Made by a program: the position numbers and the translations under genes
Notes under the pieces: generated by a model
Databases searched by the model: none
What the model was told of the DNA's origin: nothing
The model's input: the letters and a program-made list of their open reading frames with translations, nothing else
From: Camelus dromedarius
Taxonomy: Eukaryota
Length of the DNA: 64,000 nt
Direction of reading: 5' to 3'
NCBI RefSeq assembly: GCF_036321535.1
Contig: NC_087437.1
Location: 55,182,001 to 55,246,000 of the forward strand
Shown here: piece by piece, positions 25,589 through 36,250 of the stretch
How the letters are laid out: each line of letters opens with the position of its first letter
Position numbering within the stretch: the first letter of the stretch is position 1

Positions 25589-26577
25589 CTACAAAAAGAA
25601 CTGATGGAAGACAGGCTACTGGGATGCATGTGAGCACAGATTTTCTGTATGTTCATTTTAAAAGTTGCTATTTTGGGGAAATAGTAATATAGTTTTGCAT
25701 AATGGTAAGAATAAAGTAATGTGTTTCAAAAATCCAAAGTGTTAACAGATATAAACGGAAAGTCTAGCTCCCACCTTGTGTCTGTTCACTCTGTTTTCCC
25801 TTCCTCACTGTACTTTTTTTTTTTGTACTTATTCTACCACTTACTTTTAAAATGACAAGCAAATGTAAGTGCATATTCTTATTTCTCCTATTTTTTTTTT
25901 TTTTTAGTTTTGCACACTGAGTAGTTCCAGCAGAAACCAGTAATGCTTACTAACATTCATGCTCTCCTCCATCTAGGAAAGACTTTGAGTGTGTGTATTT
26001 GCATGAGACACTGACAAGAAGCAAGTAATAAACTTACCAAGTTTCCTAGCGCATTGTAATGTCACTAATGTGATCCAGGATTGAAAAATGCCGTTTTATT
26101 TTCTTCAGGTTCTCCTATATATACCAGTAGGAAACTGGGTGTGAAATTTGGATTGCTCCAATAGAGCACTGACATTCACTTCAGACGTGGCCAGAGGGCG
26201 CGAGGAAGAACTTCCCAGAGAAGGAGCCACAGTCGTAGAAACAAATGGGTGGGCAAGCTCTCCAAGGCAGCACTGACATCGAGTCAACACTTCTGCCTGG
26301 TGCCATCTGTAGTAGGTGGTCTTCAAAGAGACTTCCTAGAGGGGTGTAGGAATTAATAAGAATCCATCGTTTCTGCATGTCTCTTATTTTTCTTTTTTTC
26401 TGAATGAGTATTTCTATTTTGGTAATCCTTCCATATTCTACCATTATATATTCCATGTAGCCCATAGGTCACTGGACCATAAGGAGAGATAGATCCAGAC
26501 TGGACAGAGAGGATGTATGTATGTTCAATACGTTGAACAAAAGAATGAACTGGAAGTTTGACGGCCAGAACAGCACA

Positions 26578-26900
26578 CTGTGGCGGAAGCTGCTAGTGCG
26601 CTTTAGTATTGATTCACTCTCCTCTTCCTGAGCACATGGATACGTTTTTCTTGCCTTCCTGTGGTTCGGGGTGACCACATGAGTTACGACCAATGGAGTA
26701 AGAACAGAAGTAACCTGTCTACTTCCAGGCTTGGCCCTGTAAAACCTTTCTCATTGATTGTGTCTCTCCTAGCACTCACCCCCTGGCTGAACGGTGAGGA
26801 CCCCAGGGACGCAGAGGAGGGAAGAGTCACAGGACAGCGTGGACCCCTCAGTGACTGTATAGAGCAGAGCTTTCAGGAACCTGCTTTTCAGACTTCCTTT
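26578..26900 (+). mobile_element. Old MaLR LTR (MLT1J-like)
   Basis: tgtggcggaagctgcta...ctcttcctgagcac...gaccacatgagt...ccaatgga...agaagtaa...acttccaggc. Confidence 0.65.
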
Positions 26901-27899
26901 GGAGGCCGCTGGGGAAGCTTCCTCTTTATCTAGCCTTCATCTCCTCAAATGCCTGCCCAGAGGCCAGGACTCAGTAAAAATACACATACCTCTAGAAGTC
27001 TGGAGCTAGGGATTTGCCCTCAAAAGCTTTCTCTGCCTGTCCTGGTCCACCCTGTGCACGCTTGCATGCTCTCCCTCTTTCTCTCTCTGGAATTTGAAGC
27101 CAACGCCCCACGGCATACTTTAGAGTCTGCTTCAGAATTGTACATCTGTTCTTACTCATTAGATCATAAACTGCTTGAGCTCATGGATCAAATTTTTTGC
27201 TTCTTTCCTCACCTTAGTCTCCAATAAAGTGTCTGATACATTGTGGGGACTCATAGTCTTAATTAATCAATTGCTGATTTCCCAGCGGAGCAGGTGAGAG
27301 GTGACTAGGGGGCTTGAATGAGGTACCTCCAAACTAAGCTCTGAGGCTGAATTTTTTGCCCTCTCCAGAGCTCTCTAGGGGTGTTTTGAGGTGTGCTCCA
27401 AGAAAAACTTTAAATCAAAATGAAATTATCATTTTAATTGATGATTCAGCCAAAGTTGAGTGTCTACTAATCCAGAAAATCCTGCTGACTTTTAAGCATT
27501 AATGATTCTATAAGGAAAAAAAAATCAGCTGGGAGTTCTGTTCCCTTATTTAAAGCAGTTAACACACGTGTTTTGGGCATGTACACTTGGCTAAGGAGAT
27601 TCACTTTGAGTTGGGAAGGAAATTCCCTTTATGCATTGTCTTTTTTAAAAAGAAGTCATCTAATTTTCCTCTACCCTTGGGGAAATTTTCATTACTTTTA
27701 AAAGCTTTATGGTAGAAGGAAACTTTAAATTTAGGCCTATATAAGCAAATCATTAGTAAACTAATTAATTAAATTCATTCAGCCTTAATTTAGCACCTGT
27801 TAAATTAAAGGCACTGTACCAAATACAATGAAGCAGACAACAGTGAATGAAAGCATGTGCAAAGTGGGAAGAACCCTGGATAAGCAGCAGCAGCAATGT

Positions 27900-28420
27900 T
27901 CACAGTGGTAGTGACAGCAGCGGCCATTGGAGCACTTATTAATTTCAGGAGCATTCATCGGATTGCCTCGAATTCTCAAAATAATCCTGAAAGGTGTGTG
28001 TTTACTGGTATTCACATTGTTAGAGTTAAAGAAACAAAAATTCTGAGTGGTTGAATGACTTGCTCAAGATTACAAGTTACCAATTGAATTTCTTTTCTTT
28101 TTTTTTTTTAAACACCAAAAACATTTATATTTAGAATTAGCCAGCTGGATACAGTTTGGATGATCCCAGTTTTGTGGGCAACACCCAAAACACCGTAGTC
28201 AGGAGCCAGTCAAACACATGCCTTCTTCTCTCCAGCAGGTCTGGTCTGGAAGGGCATTGATCTTGGCTGCATCAGCATCATGCAGCTTTTCCACGGCCTG
28301 CTTGACCTGGTGCTCTTTGGCCTTGCCACTCACGATGAACGTGAGTGTGCTCTGGTCTTCTAGGTTCTTCCTGCTCTCTACCAAGCGAATTTGAATCCAG
28401 CTCTCCCTGAATCTGCGGGC
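27900..28420 (-). mobile_element. MIR SINE interrupted by the RPL23A retrocopy
   Basis: gaaacaaaaattctgagtggttgaatgacttgctcaagattaca [insertion] gaatttgaatccag matches the antisense MIR core. Confidence 0.7.
28092..28378 (-). pseudogene. RPL23A: 5'-truncated processed pseudogene of 60S ribosomal protein L23a
   Basis: Translates as [40 protein letters not shown] versus RPL23A [40 protein letters not shown], then frameshifts into GEKKA..LAPDY. Intronless, 3'UTR ccagctggctaattctaaatata, poly(A) seen as the T tract at about 28092-28109, 14-bp TSD. Confidence 0.95.
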
Positions 28421-28449
28421 AGTTTCCCAATTTCCCAAACACACTTTCT

Positions 28450-28640
28450 TGCAATCACAAGATCTGGATTCAAGTTTAGACTCTGCCTCTTAATGTTCAG
28501 TCATCTTGTTGAGTCTCAGTTTTCTCATCTTAACATTCAGGTGGTGATCATCATGGCTCTACCCGTCTCTCAAGGGGGTGTTCCAATCAAAGGGCCTAGT
28601 GGATATGAAAGAGAAGGTGAGCTGTAAATCACCACACACA
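28450..28640 (+). mobile_element. MIR SINE
   Basis: agatctggattcaag...ctctgcctctta...gagtctcagttttctcatct. Confidence 0.6.
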
Positions 28641-29056
28641 TGGCAAATGATGACAATAACAATAATGTAGTAAGTAGTTGTAATATTAGTTACCACAACT
28701 GTCCTCCTATTGCTTATGACCTGGAATGGGAGATAGAACTGGTAAATAATAGTGTGAAAAGTGGCGTGTGATGTTACAGGTACAGGGAAGGAGCTGAAGG
28801 CTTGCAGAGGGAGAGACCTTCCTGCTGGAAAATCAGAGAGGTGGATGTGGGCTCCTGGGGAGCAGCCATGGCCTTTGTCCTGGAAAAGTGGCTCAACTCA
28901 ACAGCAGGAGTAAGCAGAGGAGAAGTACTCTGCAGCAAGCAAAGGCACTTGAAAACTGTAACAGAATTCTGAAGATCACTGGCGTCAGAATCATTGTAGC
29001 GCCAGTTTAAAAAAAAACACATATTAATTGCTTTATATGTCTTAGAGACTCTAAAT

Positions 29057-29263
29057 CAGGGGTCAGTGAACTATAGGCTGGGTGCTTATTTTTATAAATA
29101 AAGTTTTATTGGAACACAGCCATGCCCATTCCTTACATATTTTCTATGTTTTCTTTCTTGTTGCAATAGCACAAGTTGAGTAGCTGCTACAGGGGCTGTA
29201 TGACTTACAAAGTCTAAAAGATTTACTGTCTGGCTCTTTAAAGAAAATCTTTAAAGAATCCTG
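29057..29263 (+). mobile_element. MER58A (hAT-Charlie MITE)
   Basis: caggggtcag...aaataaagttttattggaacacagccatgcccatt...atttactgtctggc...cctg. 8-bp TSD ctctaaat / ctctcaat. Confidence 0.9.
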
Positions 29264-29302
29264 CTCTCAATGGAGATAGCAGTCATTCTAAATAAACAAC
29301 TC

Positions 29303-29519
29303 GATAAACAACAATTTTATACTGTACAGCACAGGGAACTATATTCAATATCTTGTAGTAACTTATGGTGAAAAAGAATATGAAAACAAATATATGTATG
29401 TTCATGTATGACTCAAACATTATGCTGTACACCAGAAATTGACACAACATTGTAAACTAACTATGCTTCAATAAAAATATATATATACAAAAATGAATGA
29501 ATGAATGAATGAACGAATG
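29303..29519 (+). mobile_element. Short 5'-truncated lineage-specific L1 (3'UTR only) with a (GAAT)n tail
   Basis: actgtacagcacagggaactatattcaatatcttgta...acaacattgtaaac...tcaataaaa. TSD aataaacaactc (29291-29302) / aataagcaactc (29520-29531). Confidence 0.9.
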
Positions 29520-29683
29520 AATAAGCAACTCATGCTAAGCATGTACCATCACGTATGTGAGTTGAAGGGGGCAGAGAGGGGAAGCTGGGGTGAGCAATGT
29601 GGGCAGCATCTACTCCTTTGTTCCCTGTCCGTGGGACCTACCTCCTCGACCATTAATCACTAGGAGAGGCAGTACACTGTGAT

Positions 29684-29857
29684 CAGTGGTTTGCAGGCTT
29701 GGTTGCATATTAGAATCAGCTGGGGAGCTTTTAAAGCTCTTGGTACGCAGGCCATAGTCCACACCAATTAAATCAGAATCTCTTGGGGTATGACTGGACA
29801 TCAGTAATTATTAAAGCTTTGTAGATTCCACTGTGCAGCCAAGGTTGAGAATCATTA
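29684..29857. mobile_element. MER5A-like hAT-Charlie MITE
   Basis: cagtggttt...ttagaatcagctggggagcttttaaa...aattaaatcagaatctc...gcagccaaggttgagaatcatt. Confidence 0.85.
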
Positions 29858-31667
29858 ATGTAGTGGAAATAACCCTGGCCTGGGTTTCTGAAATATAGTA
29901 CTAACCCAAGCTCTGGCACTATTTTATTTTAACTAAATAGTAGAATATTTCCAGGAGAAATTAATTGGCATTCTATGTCTTCTTCCTTCTAAAGCAAGAA
30001 TTTTTACTGACTTCCTCAGGCTGGGAGGATGCCTGGGAGGTGCTAAAGTAATGACACTCTTATTCTGGGTTTGCTCTTTGCTGTCAGAGATTGTTCTTGT
30101 TCCACGCACAAGGGATTGCAGATTTTATGGACTCTGGAAGGCATCAAACGGGTATGGAAAAGGGAACAGTCGTGGGCAAGTCCATTTGGAATTTAAGATG
30201 TGCTAAGTCAAACAAAACAAAACAAAATCTGTTTGTTTGAGTAGAGTCCTTAAGCACCAGGCTATATTGTCTCCCAGCAGAGTAAGGCGGAGGCATTTCA
30301 GTGCCTACTTTGTCTCTCCACGGCCTCTGACTCTTCCAGATTGAGAGTGAACAGATCAGCAAAGGTGGTTATGAGGAAGGTTAAGGGAATAAACTAGGGT
30401 TTTGCAGTTTGGTATGCGCTGTAGCTGTCTGTCTGATACCGCGAGACTAATTATTTACACCAACACAGAGAAGAGATACTGAATAAGTGACCAGATACTG
30501 AATAGTGATTAGAAGGCTGGTCTAGCCTCCCCCATCTCCCAACTTTCATGGACCACTGGCTAGCTCCAGGGCTAGAAAGTCCAAATTTTGTGGGTGTTTT
30601 GAAGACAGAATGAAAATTCAAATATATTAATTAAGGTTGTAGAGTACTTAACCCTGCTAACTATGGCCAGTTTATTTGCCTGACTTGAGAGAAAGGACAT
30701 TGGCCCAGTGAATGTAAATGATGCTAAGGGTGGGTGCTAGACTAAGGAGTAAGGCTAGAATGGTGCTAACTGGGGAAGGCAGACCTATTGAGACCCTATA
30801 AGGAGGGACCTGGGAGACTGGATAGCTAGGAATTCTGTTCAGTGAGAATTTCTCCCCCCTCCCTTGGCTCCCATGAGTCCAAAACTAATACTTGATCACC
30901 GGAGAAAATTTGGAAATGCAGGGAAACACTAAAAAAAAAAAAAAAAAATAAAAAAAATAAAATAAAATAAAATCACCCTGTAATCTTTCCTCCTATCTAT
31001 CAACCCGTTTTCATCCTTTCTTTCTATTCCTTTATTAACGCAAAGTCCTTTGCCAACAGAAATAAATTGAATATTTGTTTCTAATATTTACCTATCATGT
31101 TATCTTGTGACTCTCAGATGGTCATGGCCCAAGTGCAATAACTCTTAGCCAGTTTGCTGGTGTGCTTCTCAGGAGTCCTGATGAAACGGGAGCAGTGTGC
31201 TCAAGTGTGACGTGACTGGTTGCATGGACTCCAATGACCCACGTCTCACCTGAAATCAGGGTAAGCGCAGGGAGCAGCTCGCTGACAGAGAGAGGGAAGG
31301 GACGTGGTGTAATCTAGCCTGTGCTTGTCTTCTGGAATGTTCTCTAGAATATGTAAGAAGGTTGTCTTTTAAATATTTTGGAAAGCACTATCAGACCAGT
31401 CAACATGACTACAGTTAAAAAAAAACCCAAAACAACACAATGCTGTATAATGACCCAGGAAAAAACACAGTAGACGTGATATTAAAATACTGCAAGGTAC
31501 TGTTCTTCCTCAGAAGTGACTGCGTTGTCTTGAATAGTGATTTTCTGAGGTTTTGTTTTTCCCTTCAAATTTTTAGTCTGCTGTTAGTGCATTACCAAAA
31601 TTTAAAGGCTCAAAAACCATCATTGAACACAACATTGAGAATCCCTACCTTAAGAGGAAGGGAGAGG

Positions 31668-32016
31668 GCATTAGTCTGCTTGGGCTGTCACAGACTGGGT
31701 GGCTTGAAATTTATTTTCTTATACTAGTGGAGGCTGGAAGTCCAAGATCAAGGTGCCAGTTGGGTTCTGGTGATGCTTCTCTTCCTGGCTCGCAAATGGC
31801 TGCCTCCTTGCTGTGTCCTCGCCTGACCTTTCCTCAGTGTGTGCATCCCTGGGGTCTCTGCCTTTTCTTATAGACACCAGACACATTGAATTTAGACACA
31901 CCCTTATGACCTCATTTAACCTTAATTACCTTCTTAAAGGCCCTATCTCCAAATATAGCCACATTTGTGGTTAGGGATTGAATATGAATTTGGAGGGATG
32001 CAATTCATTCTGTAAC
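31668..32016 (-). mobile_element. MaLR solo LTR (MLT1A/B-like)
   Basis: attagtctgcttgggctg...ggaggctggaagtccaagatcaaggtgcc...ttatgacctcatttaaccttaattacc...ctgtaaca. Confidence 0.9.
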
Positions 32017-32139
32017 AGAGAGCATGCAGTTTTTGCACATTGGAGGGCAGGTGAAGTTTATATTAGCCTTGGTCTTGGGGAGGATTTCTTTTGCCCTGTG
32101 GACCAGATCATGGACTCAGGAAAATCAAAACCATGTTTT

Positions 32140-32690
32140 GGGAATGGGCAAGTTTAAGTTTAGCTGGAACATAAAAGTTGTGGAAGGAGTGATACAGGAA
32201 GTAGGTTGAAAAGGGAAGCTGGGAGAACATTTCAGAGCCTTGGGGTAGCAGGGTGAGGATGTATCACTTGATCTGGGAAGATAGCTGAGAGCCACTGAAG
32301 AGTTTTGAGCTAGGGAATGACATGGGTCAAAGACGCCCTGCAGGAAGATCACACTGGTAAAGGATGGGTGGAAGGTGGGGCTGTTAGATGGGCAGTAAGG
32401 AGGCCAGTTAGGAGGCCACTGAAGTCAGAGATGGATGGTCCAGGGGCAGTGCGGTACAGTGCGGTTGTTAACAGCATCAACTCTAGAGTCAGGCTCTCTG
32501 GTTTTAAACCTGATTTATGTACTTGTATAACTGAATAACTTCAGGCAAACAACTTAACTTCTCTGGGCGTTTGTTTCTTTGTAAGAAAGGTGGGGCTGAT
32601 GAAAGCAGTGTGAGTTTCAGACGAGGCAGTTTGTGTGAGGTGCTCAGAAAAAGTACGTGGCAATGCAGAGCTATTTAACTGTTTGCTCAT
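32140..32690. mobile_element. L2 fragment (-) followed by MIR (+)
   Basis: gagccactgaagagttttgagc...aggccagttaggagg (L2); actctagagtcaggctctctggtttt...ggcaaacaacttaacttctctg (MIR). Confidence 0.7.
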
Positions 32691-34029
32691 AAAATGAAGG
32701 TGGGAAAACACAGAACAAAAATCTCAAATCAATACTTTCTTTTTCCCTTGATCAACCTTAAAAGGAAAGTTTTTCACTTAATGACTTCTGTGGTTTCTGC
32801 AACATTTGTATCAGGCCTGTTTTGTAAACAATCAGATTTCCACTCAGCCTGCCCCACTCTGCCTCTGCTGATCCTGCCAAAAGAAACCCCAAATACAGCC
32901 CACCAGGGTTCAGAATGCTTGTAAGCCACCAAGAAATCCTTTGCATCTAAGGGATGCAGCTGTTCTAAAAGTTTACATCTGGACTAAGTGAGGTATGTAA
33001 ATAGAAAGTCAGAACTATGCTTAAAAATCTCATTTTTCTTCATTCATTTGAATAACCAGGCTGTAATGAGCCAAAACGTGGTACACCCTGCATAGGAATA
33101 TAAACACAGGCACGGTGTCTGCAGGACAAGCTCACAGAGGCAACATTATCGTGATTTAAAATATGGTCAGGTTGCAGTTTTCACTAGGTTTTCAGAGGCA
33201 CAGAGATTTATGTGTTTTATATCCAATGCAAGATTCCATGCTGCTGGTGGATGGTACTTGGACTCAGTTTGAGTTAGTCTATGTTTAGGATGAATTATGT
33301 AAAATCCCCAAATCATCTGTTTTGTAAACATAAGAAAGGAAGTGATTCCAATGAATGGGAAAAGTTGTTCCAAATTGGGAAAATGGAAAACCAGGGCCAG
33401 ATGGAAGTGCGTTGGAAGGCTTAAAAACACTAACATTGCGAACAGTGAGCTCGGATCCTCCTCATGCCTTGAAGTGAAGGGAAATCTTATTTACATGCCT
33501 GAGAACTGAAGTAAGAGCCATATTTTTACTGTCCATTCATTTGCTCATTATTTTATCCAAGTATTTATTATTGAGAACATAGTGTGTGCCAGGTGCTGGG
33601 TTTCTCAGGAAACTCATATGCCCATGGATTATAGGAAGATACAGCTAGAAGCAAACTTAGATTCCGCACTTTGACCTCCTGCCTTTACCGATGGAGACAC
33701 TCTGGGAAATCACCGTCTCAGGACCAGGCTTCCAGCTCCCCAACCCCCATTCCAGTATCCTACTTGCCACATAACGCTGACCCTTGAGGTAGACTCTTGG
33801 GCATACTTCACACTGGCCACCGTGAAAAGATGGGGAAAACAGCGAAAGCCCAGGTGATCAAGTGTTGGAAGATGACCAGTGGTGTCTCTTAATGATCTCT
33901 TCTCCAGAGTATGCGGTCACTCTCTGCTGCCCTTGGAAGAGCGTGCTCTGCCCACGCGCTCCTTGGCATTAAGTGAAGGATGGAGACGAATCACGATCGT
34001 GATCTCGCATCTGAGGTCTTCACCCATTA

Positions 34030-34260
34030 TAACTAATGATTAAGAGAACAGAACTTGTGGAGCAAAGGATCTAGATTTAAATTTCTGCCCCAGCGTTCTC
34101 TAGTTGTTTTTAATTACCCCTCTCCTCAAACCTCAGTTTTTTTTTTAACCTGTAAGTGAGGTGTACCAATATTTCTTACTACTCAGTATTGTGACGTACT
34201 TTGGATAAGATGCCAAGCATGTTACCTGAAGCCTGGTAGGTGCAATAAATGGTTGTTAGC
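34030..34260 (+). mobile_element. MIR SINE
   Basis: ttaagagaacagaac...cctcagtttt...ctgtaa...gtaggtgcaataaatggtt. Confidence 0.65.
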
Positions 34261-34499
34261 CTGATCATTTGTTTCTGTGAACAGAGAGGTGCTAAACAAA
34301 TGTAATAATTTTTTATTACTGTATGTGTTAGGGTTTAACATAGTGCCCGCCCTCAGGGAGCTCCCATTCCAGCAGACAAGGCAGACACTGGCATAAATGA
34401 CTTGTCTACAGAGAGATTATGACAAGCATTTCAGTGAAAACATCAAGTGTCCTAGAATAGAAGAGCAAGGGAGACTAATTTAACTTTCTCCCTGTCCCC

Positions 34500-35130
34500 A
34501 GTCATGGTCTACTTCTTATTGAAGATGGAATTGAATAAGCGTTTTCAATGAAAAAAGCAAAGTGATTTAGTGGGTTGGATGTGAGAGTTTATTTTAGGTA
34601 AATTGAACAGTTTGGGAAGAGGTTCAATGAAAATTGAACTTTTTTTTCCTACCCTGAAGTTGTTAATATTGTAATGTCCACTATCCTATGCTAAGCGAGC
34701 CCGAGGAAACAATACCTTTTTTTATTGACATTTAACTGTGTTCAAGGAGGAAAAAAGAATCAATTTATGCGTGAGATGTGACTTCTATAGTTGAAAACAG
34801 GCATGTGGAAATGTGGTTCACTTAGGGGTACAGTGTTTTATGTTGCTGCTGCTTCTAATACAAAGAGCAGAGAATAAGCAGTACAAAATGTTGGTGCTAT
34901 AAAACATCCCACGTGAGCTAACATCAGCAGAGATGAATAGAGTTTTAGCATAATTAATGCCACCCTGCCTTTGTGCTGCCGGTCATTGTAGAGCAGACAA
35001 AAGTAACTCAATAAGCTTTTCCGGAGCAGGCCTATGGGATCCTAATTAATGGCTTAATGATTTTAGGAACAACAGCAAAGTAGTATAGGTCTTCACAAAT
35101 GACTGGGAAGCTGGATTCCAAGTTTAAAAA
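34500..35130. promoter_or_regulatory. Candidate developmental enhancer (homeodomain/SOX motif cluster)
   Basis: Repeat-free. TAATTA at 34951 and 35043, TAATGG/TAATGA at 35047-35060, SOX-like CCTTTGT at 34968 and CATTGT at 34984, CACGTG at 34910. Confidence 0.35.
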
Positions 35131-35382
35131 AGATATTTTTGGATAACTGGGTCAGGGGATAAAGACCAGAGATGTTTCTCCTCATTTCACTTTTTTTTTT
35201 TTTTTTAACCTGAATACTCCTGATATTCTTTGTGCTTCACTTACGAAAAGACATCATAGGACCTGGGTTTGACTCTTGGATCGCATTTGCTAGATGTAGG
35301 AGACTTTATTTCATCGTCAGTGTCACAGTTTCCCCATCATAAAAGGAGGGAATTGAATGAGATGATTATTGGAGTTTCTGCG

Positions 35383-35489
35383 TAGAGTTGTCAGATTTAA
35401 CAAAAGACAAAAACAAAAATAAAACCAACGCACAGTTAAATTTAAATTTGATTTTAACTGAGCATCCTGTATTTCATCTGGCAACACTA
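35383..35489. mobile_element. MER53 (hAT MITE) with central deletion
   Basis: Termini tagagttgtcagatttaacaaa / taactgagcatcctgtatttcatctggcaacacta. Degenerate 8-bp TSD tttctgcg / tctctgag. Confidence 0.85.
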
Positions 35490-35756
35490 TCTCTGAGGCA
35501 TCACTCATACGCCTTTCTCAAATGAGTTTTGAATAGTCAGTGGGCTCAGGAATCAAAAGACAATGGGCTTAGCTTTTTATTTTCCCTAATAAATCTGGAT
35601 TGGATAATTTGGCTTTGAGTTGAAACCAAATTCAGTTTCCCATTCTTCCAATCATTATTCCCAGTTAAACTGAATAAAAATTAAATGTGGGCTAGTCTTT
35701 TGCAGGGGAAGAAGCAAAGAGAGGGTCTGGAAGGGTTATTCCAGTCACGCTTCCAT

Positions 35757-35800
35757 GCCCCATCCACCCCATTCCACCCTATTCCACCCCTTTCCACCCA
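35757..35800. repeat. 10-bp tandem repeat (ATTCCACCCC)x4
   Basis: catccacccc attccaccct attccacccc tttccaccca. Confidence 0.9.
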
Positions 35801-35989
35801 GGGAGTGGAGGGGACCACCTCTCTTAGAGGCAGGAGGAAGAGTTAATGACAGATGGCCATATGTGACAATCTCTCATGGGATGGGAGGGATTCCATCTTG
35901 CTACTGCTCATGCAAACTGTAGAATAAAGTATAAGGGAAAGAAGATTTAATTTATTTGAAATTGATTGAAGGTTTCACAAATGCCATTT

Positions 35990-36250
35990 TAAAAAATAAT
36001 AACTAGCACATATAAAGCTTACTACTCACCAGAAACTATTTAAGTGCTTTATGTTTATTAACTCATTTAATCTGTTCATAAATCTTATCAGCTAGCTCCT
36101 GTTATCACTATTATTCCATTTTACAGATGAGGAAACTAAGGCATGCAAATGCTGAGTAACTGGTCTAAGATCATACAGCTAGTAAGAGACAGACTCAGCG
36201 TCTGAACCCAAACTATCTGGCTCCAGTGTCTGTGCTTGGAACCACAATAT
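35990..36250 (-). mobile_element. MIR SINE, near full length
   Basis: ccattttacagatgaggaaactaaggc...aagatcatacagctagtaag...tgaaccca...tctggctccag. Confidence 0.9.

Noticed and set aside
30931..30972. Long A-rich tract as the tail of a retrocopy
   Set aside because: The flanks (gaaaatttggaaatgcag...aaaatcaccctgtaatc) resemble an old L1MC/ME 3' fragment with an expanded internal A run; no TSD or mRNA-like body
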